Below are positions 27,441 through 41,466 of a DNA stretch of 64,000 bases, piece by piece (within the stretch, counting starts at the first letter, position 1; the number at the start of each line of letters is the position of its first letter). Location of the stretch: positions 13,330,001 through 13,394,000 of the forward strand of contig OZ024764.1 in the NCBI GenBank assembly GCA_964016885.1, in the 5' to 3' direction. Below the pieces are notes generated by a model. That model saw only the letters and a program-made list of their open reading frames with translations. It searched no databases and was not told the DNA's origin. The position numbers and the translations under genes were made by a program. This DNA comes from Eledone cirrhosa. Taxonomy: Eukaryota.

Positions 27441-30400
27441 CAACCTTCCATATAGTCAGATACATAGCAACCTTCCATATAGTCAGATACATAGCAACCT
27501 TCCATATAGTCAGTTACATAGCAACCTTCCATATAGTCAGATACATAGCAACCTACCATATAGTCAGATACATAGCAACCTTCCATATAGTCAGATACAT
27601 AGCAACCTTCCATATAGTCAGATACATAGCAAGATTCCATATAGTCAAATACATAGCAACCTACCATATAGTCAGATACATAGCAACCTTCCATATAGTC
27701 AGTTACATAGCAACCTACCATATAGTCAGATACATAGCAACCTTCCATATAGTCAGATACATAGCAACCTACCATATAGTCAGATACATAGCAACCTACC
27801 ATATAGTCAGATACATAGCAAGATTCAATATAGTCAGATACATAGCAACCTACCATATAGTCAGATACATAGCAACCTTCCATATAGTCAGTTACATAGC
27901 AACCTACCATATAGTCAGATACATAGCAACCTTCCATATAGTCAGATACATAGCAACCTTCCATATAGTCAGATACATAGCAACCTACCATATAGTCAGA
28001 TACATAGCAACCTACCATATAGTCAGATACATAGCAACCTACCATATAGTCAGTTACATAGCAACCTACCATATAGTCAGATACATAGCAACCTACCATA
28101 TAGTCAGATACATAGCAACCTTCCATATAGTCAGTTACATAGCAACCTTCCATATAGTCAGTTACATAGCAACCTTCCATATAGTCAGATACATAGCAAC
28201 CTTCCATATAGTGAGATACATAGCAACCTACCATATAATCAGATACATAGCAACCTTCCATATAGTCAGATACATAGCAACCTACCATATAGTCAGATAC
28301 ATAGCAACCTACCATATAGTCAGATACATAGCAACCTACCATATAGTCAGATCATAGCAACCTACCATATAGTCAGATACATAGCAACCTACCATATAGT
28401 CAGTTACATAGCAACCTTCCATATAGTCAGATACATAGCAACCTACCATATAGTCAGATACATAGCAACCTACCATATAGTCAGATACATAGCAACCTTC
28501 CATATAGTCAGATACATAGCAACCTTCCATATAGTCAGATACATAGCAACCTTCCATATAGTCAGATACATAGCAACCTTCCATATAGTCAGATACATAG
28601 CAACCTACCATACAGTCAGTTACATAGCAACCTACCATATAGTCAGATACATAGCAACCTACCATATAGTCAGATACATAGCAACCTACCATATAGTCAG
28701 TTACATAGCAACCTTCCATATAGTAAGATACATAGCAACCTACCATATAGTCAGTTACATAGCAACCTACCATATAGTCAGATACATAGCAACCTTCCAT
28801 ATAGTCAGATACATAGCAACCTTCCATATAGTCAGATACATAGCAACCTACCATATAGTCAGATACATAGCAACCTTCCATATAATCAGATACATAGCAA
28901 CCTTCCATATAGTCAGATACATAGCAACCTACCATATAGTCAGATACATAGCAACCTTCCATATAATCAGATACATAGCAACCTTCCATATAGTCAGATA
29001 CATAGCAACCTACCATATAGTCAGATACATAGCAAGATTCCATATAGTCAGATACATAGCAACCTACCATATAGTCAGATACATAGCAACCTTCCATATA
29101 GTCAGATACATAGCAACCTTCCATATAATCAGATCATAGCAACCTACCATATAGTCAGATACATAGCAACCTACCATATAGTCAGATACATAGCAACCTT
29201 CCATATAGTCAGATACATAGCAACCTTCCATATAGTCAGATACATAGCAACCTTCCATATAGTCAGATACATAGCAACCTACCATATAGTCAGATACATA
29301 GCAACCTTCCATATAGTCAGATACATAGCAACCTTCCATATAGTCAGTTACATAGCAACCTTCCATATAGTCAGATACATAGCAACCTACCATATAGTCA
29401 GATACATAGAAACCTTCCATATAGTCAGATACATAGCAACCTACCATATAGTCAGATACATAGCAACCTTCCATATAGTCAGATACATAGCAACCTACCA
29501 TATAGTCAGATACATAGCAACCTTCCATATAGTCAGATACATAGCAACCTACCATATAGTCAGATCATAGCAACCTACCATATAGTCAGATACATAGCAA
29601 CCTTCCATATAGTCAGATACATAGCAACCTTCCATATAGTCAGATACATAGCAACCTACCATATAGTCAGATCATAGCAACCTACCATATAGTCAGATAC
29701 ATAGCAACCTTCCATATAGTCAGATACATAGCAACCTACCATATAGTCAGATACATAGCAACCTACCATATAGTCAGATACATAGCAACCTACCATATAG
29801 TCAGTTACATAGCAACCTACCATATAGTCAGATACATAGCAACCTTCCATATAGTCAGATACATAGCAACCTACCATATAGTCAGATCATAGCAACCTAC
29901 CATATAGTCAGATACATAGCAACCTTCCATATAGTCAGATACATAGCAACCTTCCATATAGTCAGATACATAGCAACCTACCATATAGTCAGATACATAG
30001 CAACCTACCATATAGTCAGATACATAGCAACCTTCCATATAGTCAGATACATAGCAACCTTCCATATAGTCAGATACATAGCAACCTACCATATAGTCAG
30101 TTACATAGCAACCTTCCATATAGTCAGATACATAGCAACCTTCCATATAGTCAGTTACATAGCAACCTTCAATATAGTCAGATACATAGCAACCTACCAT
30201 ATAGTCAGATACATAGCAACCTACCATATAGTCAGATACATAGCAAGCTACCATATAGTCAGTTACATAGCAACCTTCCATATAGTCAGATACATAGCAA
30301 CCTACCATATAGTCAGATACATAGCAACCTACCATACAGTCAGATACATAGCAACCTTCCATATAGTCAGATACATAGCAACCTACCATATAGTCAGTTA

Positions 30401-30544
30401 CATAGCAACCTACCATATAGTCAGATACATAGCAACCTTCCATATAGTCAGATACATAGCAACCTACCATATAGTCAGATACATAGCAACTTACCATATA
30501 GTCAGATACATAGCAACCTTCCATATAGTCAGATACATAGCAAC
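27441..30544. repeat. 27-bp minisatellite array 2 (~115 units)
   Basis: Same unit as array 1. Confidence 0.98.
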
Positions 30545-31191
30545 ATGATGGAGGCAGATGTCTGAATTAAGTACAAGAATTGCTGGAGATGGTGCAGTAA
30601 TGTGCCAGCTTCAGCATACATTAATCAGAAGAAAGGAGGTTCATGTAAAAGCTAAACTCCCAATCTTCAATTTGGTTTTCATGCTAACCCTTACCTATGG
30701 TCATGAAGTTTAGGTAATGACTGAAGGTATATGATCGTGACTACAAGCAGTCAAAATGGTATTCCCTCGACATCATCTTAGACCTCATTTGTTTACCGAG
30801 TAGGGGGGAACTTAATAATAATGAAAATGATTGTGTACAGTGCTCAGGTGCACTACAAATCATCAACTTTGATGAGTTGTAGTGCACCTGAGCACTGTAT
30901 ACAATAATCTCATTGTTATTATCTCTTTCGTATTACGATCTCCACCAACCTGGGTTTATTTATTGTCAAAACAACAAGATTGAAGGTGGAGGGATATGTC
31001 AGAGCCTGCTGTGTGCCCAGATTAAGAGATTTACCTTCTTCGAACAGGGAAGATGGTTCACGCCTGTCTGGGACCTCACCATGGCCACAGTCTAAGCCGG
31101 CAGGTAAAATGTAAACAAAAGATATAGAGGGGGGGGAGAGTTTGGTGTTAATTGATTATAGAGTGGGGGTATTGGGATAGAGTTCTGTGTA

Positions 31192-31263
<72 letters not shown>

Positions 31264-31324
31264 AGAGATATATATATAGATATAGATATAATCATATATA
31301 CATATATATATAGATAGAGATATA

Positions 31325-31458
<134 letters not shown>

Positions 31459-31690
31459 TACATATATCATCATCATCATCGTCATCATCATCATCATCAT
31501 CATCATCATTTATGTATATATATATATCATATATATATATATATATATATAAAGAGAGATATATATACAGATATAGATATAATCATATATACATATATAT
31601 ATAGATAGAGATATAATCATATATATATATATATATACATATTTATATATATATATATATACATATATACATATATCATCATCATCATTG

Positions 31691-31724
<34 letters not shown>

Positions 31725-31811
31725 TTATATATATATATATCATATATATATACATATATAGATATATTCATATATATATATATATATATAAATACATATA
31801 TATATATATAA

Positions 31812-31892
<81 letters not shown>

Positions 31893-32050
31893 CATATATA
31901 TATATATATAATATAGAAAAGGCTTCTACAGGACTAGAACTGCTTCATTCAGGAGAAATCATCAGGAAATACATATTTATACTCTGCTATTTATTGAGTA
32001 CGTTACTTACTGTGGTTACCCCAGGTTGAAGCCGGTATAAACTTATTTAC

Positions 32051-32081
<31 letters not shown>

Positions 32082-33923
32082 TATTCATGTGTGTGTGAGT
32101 GTGTGTGTATGTGTGTGTGTGTGTGTTTACATATGTGTGTCTGTGTGCGTGCATGTATGTGTGTGTGTATCTGTGTGTGTGTGTCTGTCCGTGTATGTAT
32201 GAGATCACAGCTCTGATACTACAGACCTGTGGTGAGAATGTCTCAGGAAAGAATCTCTGAATTGAGAGATCACAGCTCTGATACTACAGACCTGTGGTTA
32301 GAATGTCTCAGGAAAGAATCTCTGAATTGAGAGATCACAGCTCTGATACTACAGACATGTGGTTAGAATGTCTCAGGAAAGAATCTCTGAATTGAGAGAT
32401 CACGGCTCTGATACTTAGACATGTGGTTAGAATGTCTGAGGAAAGAATCTCTGAATTGAGAGATCACGGCTCTGATACTACAGACATGTGGTTAGAATGT
32501 GTCAGGAAAGAATCTCTGAATTGAGAGATCACAGCTCTGATACTACAGACATGTGGTTAGAATGTCTCAGGAAAGAATCTCTGAATTGAGAGATCACAGC
32601 TCTGATACTTAGACATGTGTTTAGAGTGTCTCAGGAAAGAATCTCTGGATTGAGAGATCACAGCTCTGATACTACAGACATGTGGTTAGAATGTCTCAGG
32701 AAAGAATCTCTGGATTGAGAGATCACAGCTCTGATACTTAGACATGTGGTTAGAATGTCTCAGGAAAGAATCTCTGGATTGAGAGATCACAGCTCTGATA
32801 CTACAGACATGTGGTTAGAATGTCTCAGGAAAGAATCTCTGGATTGAGAGATCACAGCTCTGATACTACAGACATGTGGTTAGAATGTCTCAGGAAAGAA
32901 TCTCTGAATTGAGAGATCATATCTCTGATACTACAGACATGTGGTTAGAATGTCTCAGGACAGAATCTCTAGATGGAGAGATCATATCTCTGATACTACA
33001 GACATGCGGATTGAATGTCCCAGGAAAAACTCTTAACTGGATCATTTTTTGTGTAAAACAAAGAGAAAAAGATATTTTATTTTAATAAAAAGGTTGATTT
33101 ATTTAAAACCGAGGACGTTTACACATCTATAAATACATCAGTATAAAAAACAAATCACTGACAACACTTTAAATATAGTTTAATACTTATATTTTTTCCA
33201 CTCTAGCTAAATCTGTGACTTTATGTTCACCAGTTAATTGGGGCTATTTTCATTAATTATGGATAATTTGGCATTTCCGATTCATACAATAGTTGTCAAT
33301 GAATTTTATTATTAGATTTATGTACATTTAAACTGGCTGAGTATCTCTCAGCAGACGTTAATTGACAGCATATGGTCTGTACTTAGCTGAACAGATAAAA
33401 ATGACAATGTTACCTGATTATTTCCCTTTGACCGTTATTTGCTTTTTGACGCCTGGACAATTTGCACACTCACTTTTTTTTATATACTCATATATAATGA
33501 AATATGTATATATATAATTGTAGGTATATATATATAGGTATATATATATTGCATATTTTTTACTGGGGAGGCTTAATAAGTAGATCCCTCTGTAAATGGA
33601 ACAATCTGTCTTTTTCCTGTTTGAAACTTGGGATTATCACTCCCGAATGCCATTACTTAGGTACCTTTCCAGAGATCCAAGCCACCCGGGATATATGAGT
33701 CAGTCAGAGAATACCTTCTCTATTTAAGGCTTTTAACATCTCGGGGCCGGAATTCATCTTCCCCAGTAGCTGTGCCACACTGGAGCACTTTAACTGCTCT
33801 TGTGACCTCAGCTGCTGAGAGATTAGACACCACTCCCCAGTTACCCCTTGTGTACATCTGAAGCATGTATAGGAGTTCAAGTATCTCGGGGCTGTGTTCA
33901 TGAGTGATATATGACCATACCAG

Positions 33924-35627
33924 GCAACCTACCATATAGTCAGATACATAGCAACCTTCCATATAGTCAGATACATAGCAACCTTCCATATAGTCAGATA
34001 CATAGCAACCTACCATATAGTCAGATACATAGCAACTTACCATATAGTCAGATACATAGCAACCTTCCATATAGTCAGATCATAGCAACCTTCCATATAG
34101 TCAGATACATAGCAACTTACCATATAGTCAGATACATAGCAACCTTCCATATAGTCAGATACATAGCAACCTACCATATAGTCAGATACATAGCAACCTT
34201 CCATATAGTCAGTTACATAGCAACCTACCATATAGTCAGATACATAGCAACCTTCCATACAGTCAGATACATAGCAACCTTCCATATAGTCAGATACATA
34301 GCAACCTTCCATATAGTCAGATCATAGCAACCTTCCATATAGTCAGATACATAGCAACTTACCATATAGTCAGATACATAGCAACCTTCCATATAGTCAG
34401 ATACATAGCAACCTACCATATAGTCAGATACATAGCAACCTACCATATAGTCAGTTACATAGCAACCTACCATATAGTCAGATACATAGCAACCTTCCAT
34501 ATAGTCAGTTACATAGCAACCTTCCATATAGTCAGATACATAGCAACTTACCATATAGTCAGATACATAGCAACCTACCATATAGTCAGATACATAGCAA
34601 CCTACCATATAGTCAGATACATAGCAACCTACCATATAGTCAGATACATAGCAACCTTCCATATAGTCAGATACATAGCAACCTTCCATATAGTCAGATA
34701 CATAGCAACCTACCATATAGTCAGTTACATAGCAACCTTCCATATAGTCAGATACATAGCAACCTTCCATATAGTCAGATACATAGCAACCTACCATATA
34801 GTCAGTTACATAGCAACCTACCATATAGTCAGTTACATAGCAACCTACCATATAGTCAGATACATTGCAACCTACCATATAGTCAGTTACATAGCAACCT
34901 TCCATATAGTCAGATACATAGCAACCTACCATATAGTCAGATACATAGCAACCTTCCATATAATCAGATACATAGCAACCTACCATAGAGTCAGATACAT
35001 AGCAACCTTCCATATAATCAGATACATAGCAACCTACCATATAGTCAGATACATAGCAACCTTCCATATAGTCAGATACATAGCAACTTACCATATACTC
35101 AGATACATAGCAACCTTCCATATAGTCAGATACATAGCAACCTACCATAGAGTCAGATACATAGCAACCTACCATATAGTCAGATACATAGCAACCTACC
35201 ATATAGTCAGATACATAGCAACCTTCCATATAGTCAGATACATAGCAACCTACCATATAGTCAGATACATAGCAACCTACCATATAGTCAGATACATAGC
35301 AACCTTCCATATAGTCAGATACATAGCAACCTTCCATATAGTCAGATACATAGCAACCTACCATATAGTCAGATACATAGCAACCTTCCATATAGTCAGA
35401 TACATAGCAACTTACCATATAGTCAGATACATAGCAACTTACCATATAGTCAGATACATAGCAACCTTCCATATAATCAGTTACATAGCAACCTACCATA
35501 TAGTCAGATACATAGCAACCTTCCATATAGTCAGATACATAGCAACCTACCATATAGTCAGATACATAGCAACTTACCATATAGTCAGATACATAGCACC
35601 CTTCCATATAGTCAGATACATAGCAAC
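33924..35627. repeat. 27-bp minisatellite array 3 (~63 units)
   Basis: Same unit as array 1. Confidence 0.98.
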
Positions 35628-36031
35628 ATGATGAGAAGGCAGGAGTCTGAATTAAGAACAAGAATTGCTGGAGATGGTGCAGTAATGAAAATGATTGTGT
35701 ACAGTGTTCAGGTGCACTACAACTCATCAAAGGTGCATGTATAGTACATAGAACAATGTAGAAATGTCAGGAAAGTGAACAGTGTAAGAGTTAGGATATA
35801 CACACATGCTTGATATACACACATGCTTGATTTGAGCTATACTCTCCCGATCTGGAATAGCACTATAAGGTTTCTCTTATGATTTCACCTGCGTACATAT
35901 TCTTCTATAGAATATATATTTGTTATATATATAATATACTCTATTTCTTATACAATATATGGCTTTTTCTCTCTCTCTCTCTCTATATATACATATATAC
36001 CTTTTTCATTTGGCTATATATATATATATAT

Positions 36032-36115
<84 letters not shown>

Positions 36116-36155
36116 GATATTAAACAAATGGAAACTATATTTATAAAACCATATT

Positions 36156-36221
36156 TATTTCATTATACATATTTCAGGGATACCATATTAAAAATATGGC
36201 ATGCCTTCGTCAGATAAAATA
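36156..36221 (-). ncRNA. Type I hammerhead motif (antisense arm)
   Basis: Reverse complement of 36390-36455. Confidence 0.7.
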
Positions 36222-36389
36222 CAATATATAAACAGTTTTATAAATAATTTTGACGTACCATAAATATTTTGACGTACCATAAATATAAGCGACCATAGAC
36301 AGCCTCCTATCTTAATGGTCGCTTATATTTATGGTACGTCAAAATATTTATAGTACGTCAAAATTATTTATAAAACTGTTTATATATTG

Positions 36390-36455
36390 TATTTTATCTG
36401 ACGAAGGCATGCCATATTTTTAATATGGTATCCCTGAAATATGTATAATGAAATA
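36390..36455 (+). ncRNA. Type I hammerhead ribozyme motif
   Basis: tattttat/atgaaata, CUGACGA, stem II agg.atgccatatt/aatatggtat.cct, GAAA, AUAUGUAU, AUA. Confidence 0.72.
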
Positions 36456-36656
36456 AATATGGTTTTATAAATATAGTTTCCATTTGTTTAATATCGTATA
36501 TCTACTCCAAAAACTTGTCGAGTGCTTTATATCAGTTATAAAATATTTACTTGTTGTAACCCAACAATTTTAAATAAAACTTTTGCATATATATATATAT
36601 ATAAATATATAATAAGAACCAAGTTGTGGTATACATGGGAGATTTATTGCTTAATT

Positions 36657-36739
36657 CTGGTTACAAATGTTTCCCAAGGCTTGTGATCTGGGATGGTACT
36701 CCCAGATCAGACTCCAAGACTGCCTAATCCTCAGACCAG
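36657..36739 (-). ncRNA. Type I hammerhead ribozyme motif
   Basis: Minus strand: ctggt/accag, CUGAGGA, stem II aggc..tgatctggga/tcccagatca..gcct, GAAA, ACAUUUGU, GUA. Confidence 0.65.
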
Positions 36740-36771
36740 TGTTAACACAACAAAAATCTCTCTACATATAT

Positions 36772-37160
36772 GGCACATGGCTTAGTGGTTAGAGCATTGG
36801 GGTTGCAATTGAAAGGTTGTGAGTTCAATTCTCGGACCGGGTGATGTGTTGTTTCCTTGAGCAAGACACTTTATTTCACATTGCTCCAGTTTACTCAGCT
36901 GTAGAAATGAGATGATAGGGACTGGGGTCCCTATCATTCCACTACAAAGTGGTCGTGGAGGTGCCACGGCAAAAAAGCACCCAGCACTCACTGTAAATGA
37001 GGTTGGTGTTAGGAAGGGCATCCAGCTGTAGAAATCAAGCCAGAATCAGTTCCCAAATGAGCAAGACAAGGTCAGCCGACCGGACACTGCCCAAAACAGG
37101 ACAACCCGTCTAACCCATGCTAGCGTGGAAGAACGGACGTAAAACAGTGATGATGATGAT
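36772..37160 (+). mobile_element. Full-length SINE family A (tRNA head, RTE-derived tail, (GAT)n)
   Basis: Head and core as at 13653; 3' end shared with the RTE 3' UTR. Confidence 0.88.
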
Positions 37161-37538
37161 ATATATATGTGCGAATATATCCCGGCTTAAATCGGGGGTA
37201 ACCTCAGTAAGTAAGGTACTCAATACATAGCAGAGTATATATATTTAATATAGAAATGACTTCTACAGGACTAGAACTATTTCATCCCAAGGAAATCATC
37301 AGGGAAGCCGATTGTCAATGTGTTATGGTGGTATTTGAAAATGTATAAATAGCACCATAACACATTGACAGTCAGCTTTCCTGATGATTTCCTTGGGATG
37401 AAATAGTTCTAGTTCTGTAGAAGTCATTTCTATATTGAATATATATATATATATATATATATTTAAAAGTTAAACAAGGTTCAATAAATAAATCCAAGAA
37501 TAACCATCGACTATGTCAGGGTAGGTCATGCATCATCT

Positions 37539-37605
37539 TATTTTATCTGATGAGGACGTACTGGTGAAGTTATCTCAGTACTTCTGAAATATGTATAATA
37601 ACATA
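37539..37605 (+). ncRNA. Type I hammerhead ribozyme motif
   Basis: tattttat/ataacata, CUGAUGA, gga.gtactg/cagtac.tct, GAAA, AUAUGUAU, AUA. Confidence 0.6.
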
Positions 37606-38003
37606 TACTTGATCACAAGAATATCTATTTTGTTAATATTTTGAATTAATATATACATATATATATATATATAGGAACAAGTAGGACCCGGACGGCAGAG
37701 CTCAAGCCGTTTCGACAGCTGATTCTGGACATTTAGTCGAGAAATAGCCGTCGAACCAATTTTGCTTCAAGTGGGAAAATTCCCGTCCAAACCCATGCTA
37801 GCGTGGAAGATGGACGTTAAACGATGATGATGATGATGATGATGATATATATATATATATTAAAGAGTTAAACAAGATTCAATGAGTATATCAAAGAATG
37901 AGTTTTACAGTAGATTGTAAGCACTCTACAAAAAATATTTTCCAGAGTTATTAATATTAAAATACAAATATTAATAAAATAGATGTTCTTTTGATCAATA
38001 AAA

Positions 38004-38054
38004 TTTTATTATACATATTTCAGAGGTACAACATTACGTCCTCATCAGATAAAA
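38004..38054 (-). ncRNA. Type I hammerhead motif (short stem II)
   Basis: Minus strand: ttttat CUGAUGA ggacgtaatgttgtacctct GAAA UAUGUAUA ataaaa. Confidence 0.55.
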
Positions 38055-38924
38055 TAAAAGGATACATGACATACCCTGAGATGTTAAATGGTTAAGATTT
38101 AATCAAGTTAAATTTTATTATACATATTTCAGAGGTACAAATATGTATAATAAAATTTATTTGATCACAAGAACATCTATTTTATTAATATTTGTATTTT
38201 AATATATATATATATATATATATTTTAATATATACATCTATTTTATTAATATTTGTATTTTAATATATATATATATATATATATTTTAATATATACATCT
38301 ATTTTATTAATATTTGTATTTTACATTTAATATATACATCTATTTTATTAATATTTGTATTTTAATATATATATATCATCATCATCATCATCTTTTAACG
38401 TCCATCTTCCACGCTAGCATGGGTTAGACGGGAGTTGTCCCACTTGAGGCAAGATTGGTCGGGTGACCGCGTCTCGCTCGTATAGGACTATCTGGCAGGT
38501 TTTCTACGGCTGGATGCCCTTCCTAACACCAACCACATTTACAGTGTGGAATGGGAACTTTTTACTGTGTTACCTACATATATATGTATATATAGCTAAT
38601 TAAATAGCTCTGTTTTACACATAGAGCACTCTTTTTTCCTTTACCTTTTCTTCTGAAATACTTTACACACACACACACACATATATATATATGAAAAGAG
38701 TGCTCTATGTAAAAAACAGAGCTATTTATATATATATATATATATAGACACCTTCATATATTATATATATATATATATATGTATAGGTATATATATATGT
38801 ATGTATATATATATAGGTATATATATATATATAATATATATATATAGTATTAGTTATACTATTTATGGTTATGTAAATACAAAACCTTATGCAGTTATAA
38901 GTATTTTACACACACCCTAAATAG

Positions 38925-39015
<91 letters not shown>

Positions 39016-39031
39016 GTATGTATATATGTAC

Positions 39032-39067
<36 letters not shown>

Positions 39068-39200
39068 TCACACATACATAGATACACATACATTTACACA
39101 TACACACACACACATACAGACACATAAATACACATACCAAAACAATAAATTATTTCCCCCACCCACCCAAGTAAATACGAAACTGTGGCTACACATCAGA

Positions 39201-39208
39201 TCACGTGA
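39201..39208 (+). promoter_or_regulatory. CLEAR-like E-box TCACGTGA upstream of ANKFY1 start
   Basis: Palindromic TCACGTGA 20 nt before the ATG. Confidence 0.45.
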
Positions 39209-39228
39209 GACAATAACTGTAGAATAAG

Positions 39229-39238
39229 ATGGCTGAAG
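39229..39238 (+). CDS. ANKFY1: Rabankyrin-5 exon 1 (MAE-G)
   Basis: aagATGGCTGAAG|gtaagc; phase 1 joins exon 2 to give MAEGEVNKLQNHL, matching the Rabankyrin-5 N-terminus. Confidence 0.85.
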
Positions 39239-39530
39239 GTAAGCGATATTATTTTCGCTTTTCTTCTCATTCACATGCCTTTACACCATTATCTTTCCAT
39301 CTGCCACCCTGGGGCCCTAATTACACATCAAACAGCACCCCCTTTTATCTATACAACACCCCAAATCGTCCCATCTTATCAGGCAATGGTGCTTTATAAT
39401 GAAAATATTGTCATAAGTTCGTTGGTGTGGGCGGAGGTGTCTGCTACGTTAAAGGGTTTTTGTTCTCATTTAAATAAATTTAATTAATTAGTTTATTAAT
39501 TATTATTAATTTGGGTTAATTATCATTGTT

Positions 39531-39587
<57 letters not shown>

Positions 39588-39944
39588 TATATTTGCATTT
39601 TATTGACAGGGCTTGAATATATGTTTTATTGTCAGTCGTAGAATACTTTTATTTTCTTGTTAAGTGTTGTGTTTTCCCTCCTCTCATCACTTATTAAATT
39701 AAATGATAACCACATATATATATATATATTTTATTTTATTTTATCATGAGTTAAAGGTCTATAGATTTTTCCCTGGATTTTACTAAATTCTGTGGATGAA
39801 TTTATATCCTGATTCTCTTTTGAGATGAGTTTGAGTTATTTTTCCTAAATCTTTCGTTAACTACTTTTCCCATCTTGACGTTATAGTCGCATATATGTTA
39901 TAGAATGCTGTTAGCTTCTTGCTAAAACAATCTCTATACCTCTC

Positions 39945-39988
<44 letters not shown>

Positions 39989-40053
39989 TAACCTAATATA
40001 TCCCTTCCATATACTGTACCGATTGTGTTGTTATTTCTGTTTACCCTTTACAT

Positions 40054-40103
<50 letters not shown>

Positions 40104-40130
40104 GCATATACGTAATTATAATTGTGTGTA

Positions 40131-40177
<47 letters not shown>

Positions 40178-40363
40178 ACTCACACATATCTATCTATATA
40201 TACACACGTACATCTGTGTGTATATATATATATATATATATACATATAGGAAAAAGTATGACTCCGACGGCAGAGCTCAAGCCGTTTTGACGGCTATTTC
40301 TGGCCTCCAGTATTGAGTACCCTGGTGCGTTATGGTCCTTCTGGTTGCTTACCACACTTCCTT

Positions 40364-40396
<33 letters not shown>

Positions 40397-40440
40397 ACAA
40401 AGATGGTGTGATCAGACACCAGAGTACTCAATACTTTGTA

Positions 40441-40489
<49 letters not shown>

Positions 40490-40534
40490 GTAATAAAATA
40501 TGTGAAGACTAAAATCTGATGACGCCTCGATAAG

Positions 40535-40594
<60 letters not shown>

Positions 40595-40757
40595 AATAGA
40601 AAATCTCGACGGGATGGGCATAGCGGGAACGCCTCTAATCCTCATATCGCCTCTTATCATATATCTGTTAGGGAAGGGTTACACGACATATGTATATACA
40701 CACACTAAGGCATATCCATCCATACATATATACACACGTATGTATGTAATTATATAT

Positions 40758-40807
<50 letters not shown>

Positions 40808-40916
40808 TGTAATGTCCAGTTATTGTAGGTTCACCGTCTCTAAAGAGGTGTAGAACTAAACAGAGTGTAAATTAATAATAAAATGACGATTTGTTACGTT
40901 TTCATTACGTTTATTG

Positions 40917-41007
40917 AGTAGTGACGCGTGTTTCGCTATTGATCGGCTCATGGTTCGATCTGTATCGATCTGGCCGGACTCTGGAATCAAAAGCTCGTCG
41001 GACCCCT
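40917..41007 (-). ncRNA. Degenerate hammerhead motif (CCGACGA core variant)
   Basis: Minus strand: aggggt/actact, CCGACGA, gct..agc, GAAA, CACGCG, GUC. Confidence 0.45.
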
Positions 41008-41466
41008 GTGTGTGTGTGTGTGTAAACATTCTATTCGTTAATGTATGTGTGTACGTATGTGTGTACTCGTTTGTGTAGAAGGCGCACCCATTTTCAAGAA
41101 ATTTCGACTTTTATACCCGCATGCGACTTATCTGCTGGACGTACTGCACCCCAATTCAAAATATATGTTACATTGTAAATGTTGTACATCCAATTAAATG
41201 TGCGACTTATATACAAGTATATACAATGCATACATTATACATACATGTGGATGTCTGTTTGTATATACGTATGGTGGTTTATAAATGTTCGTAAAATGAA
41301 GGTGCGACTTATACACGATTCATACATTATATATATATATATATATATGTGTGTGTAGATTTCTGTAAATATGTATGTGCATGTGTGTAGATGTCTATAT
41401 ATGTATGGTATATTGTAAATACATAACAGTGTAACTTATACGTGATACATACATCATATTTATATA

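Larger units (their letters stand above)
36111..36500. repeat. Near-perfect 186-bp-arm palindrome with 18-nt loop
   Basis: 36111-36296 is the reverse complement of 36315-36500 with about one mismatch. Confidence 0.95.

Noticed and set aside
36772-36845. tRNA gene
   Set aside because: A/B boxes present but no complete cloverleaf; it is the SINE head found in many copies
40516-40535. CTGATGA motif as hammerhead or C/D-box snoRNA
   Set aside because: No GAAA/stem III partner before the (TA)n tract; no terminal stem or box pair
41080-41320. Repeated tgcgacttata motifs as a pogo/Tc1-type transposon end
   Set aside because: No matching opposite terminus or target duplication identifiable
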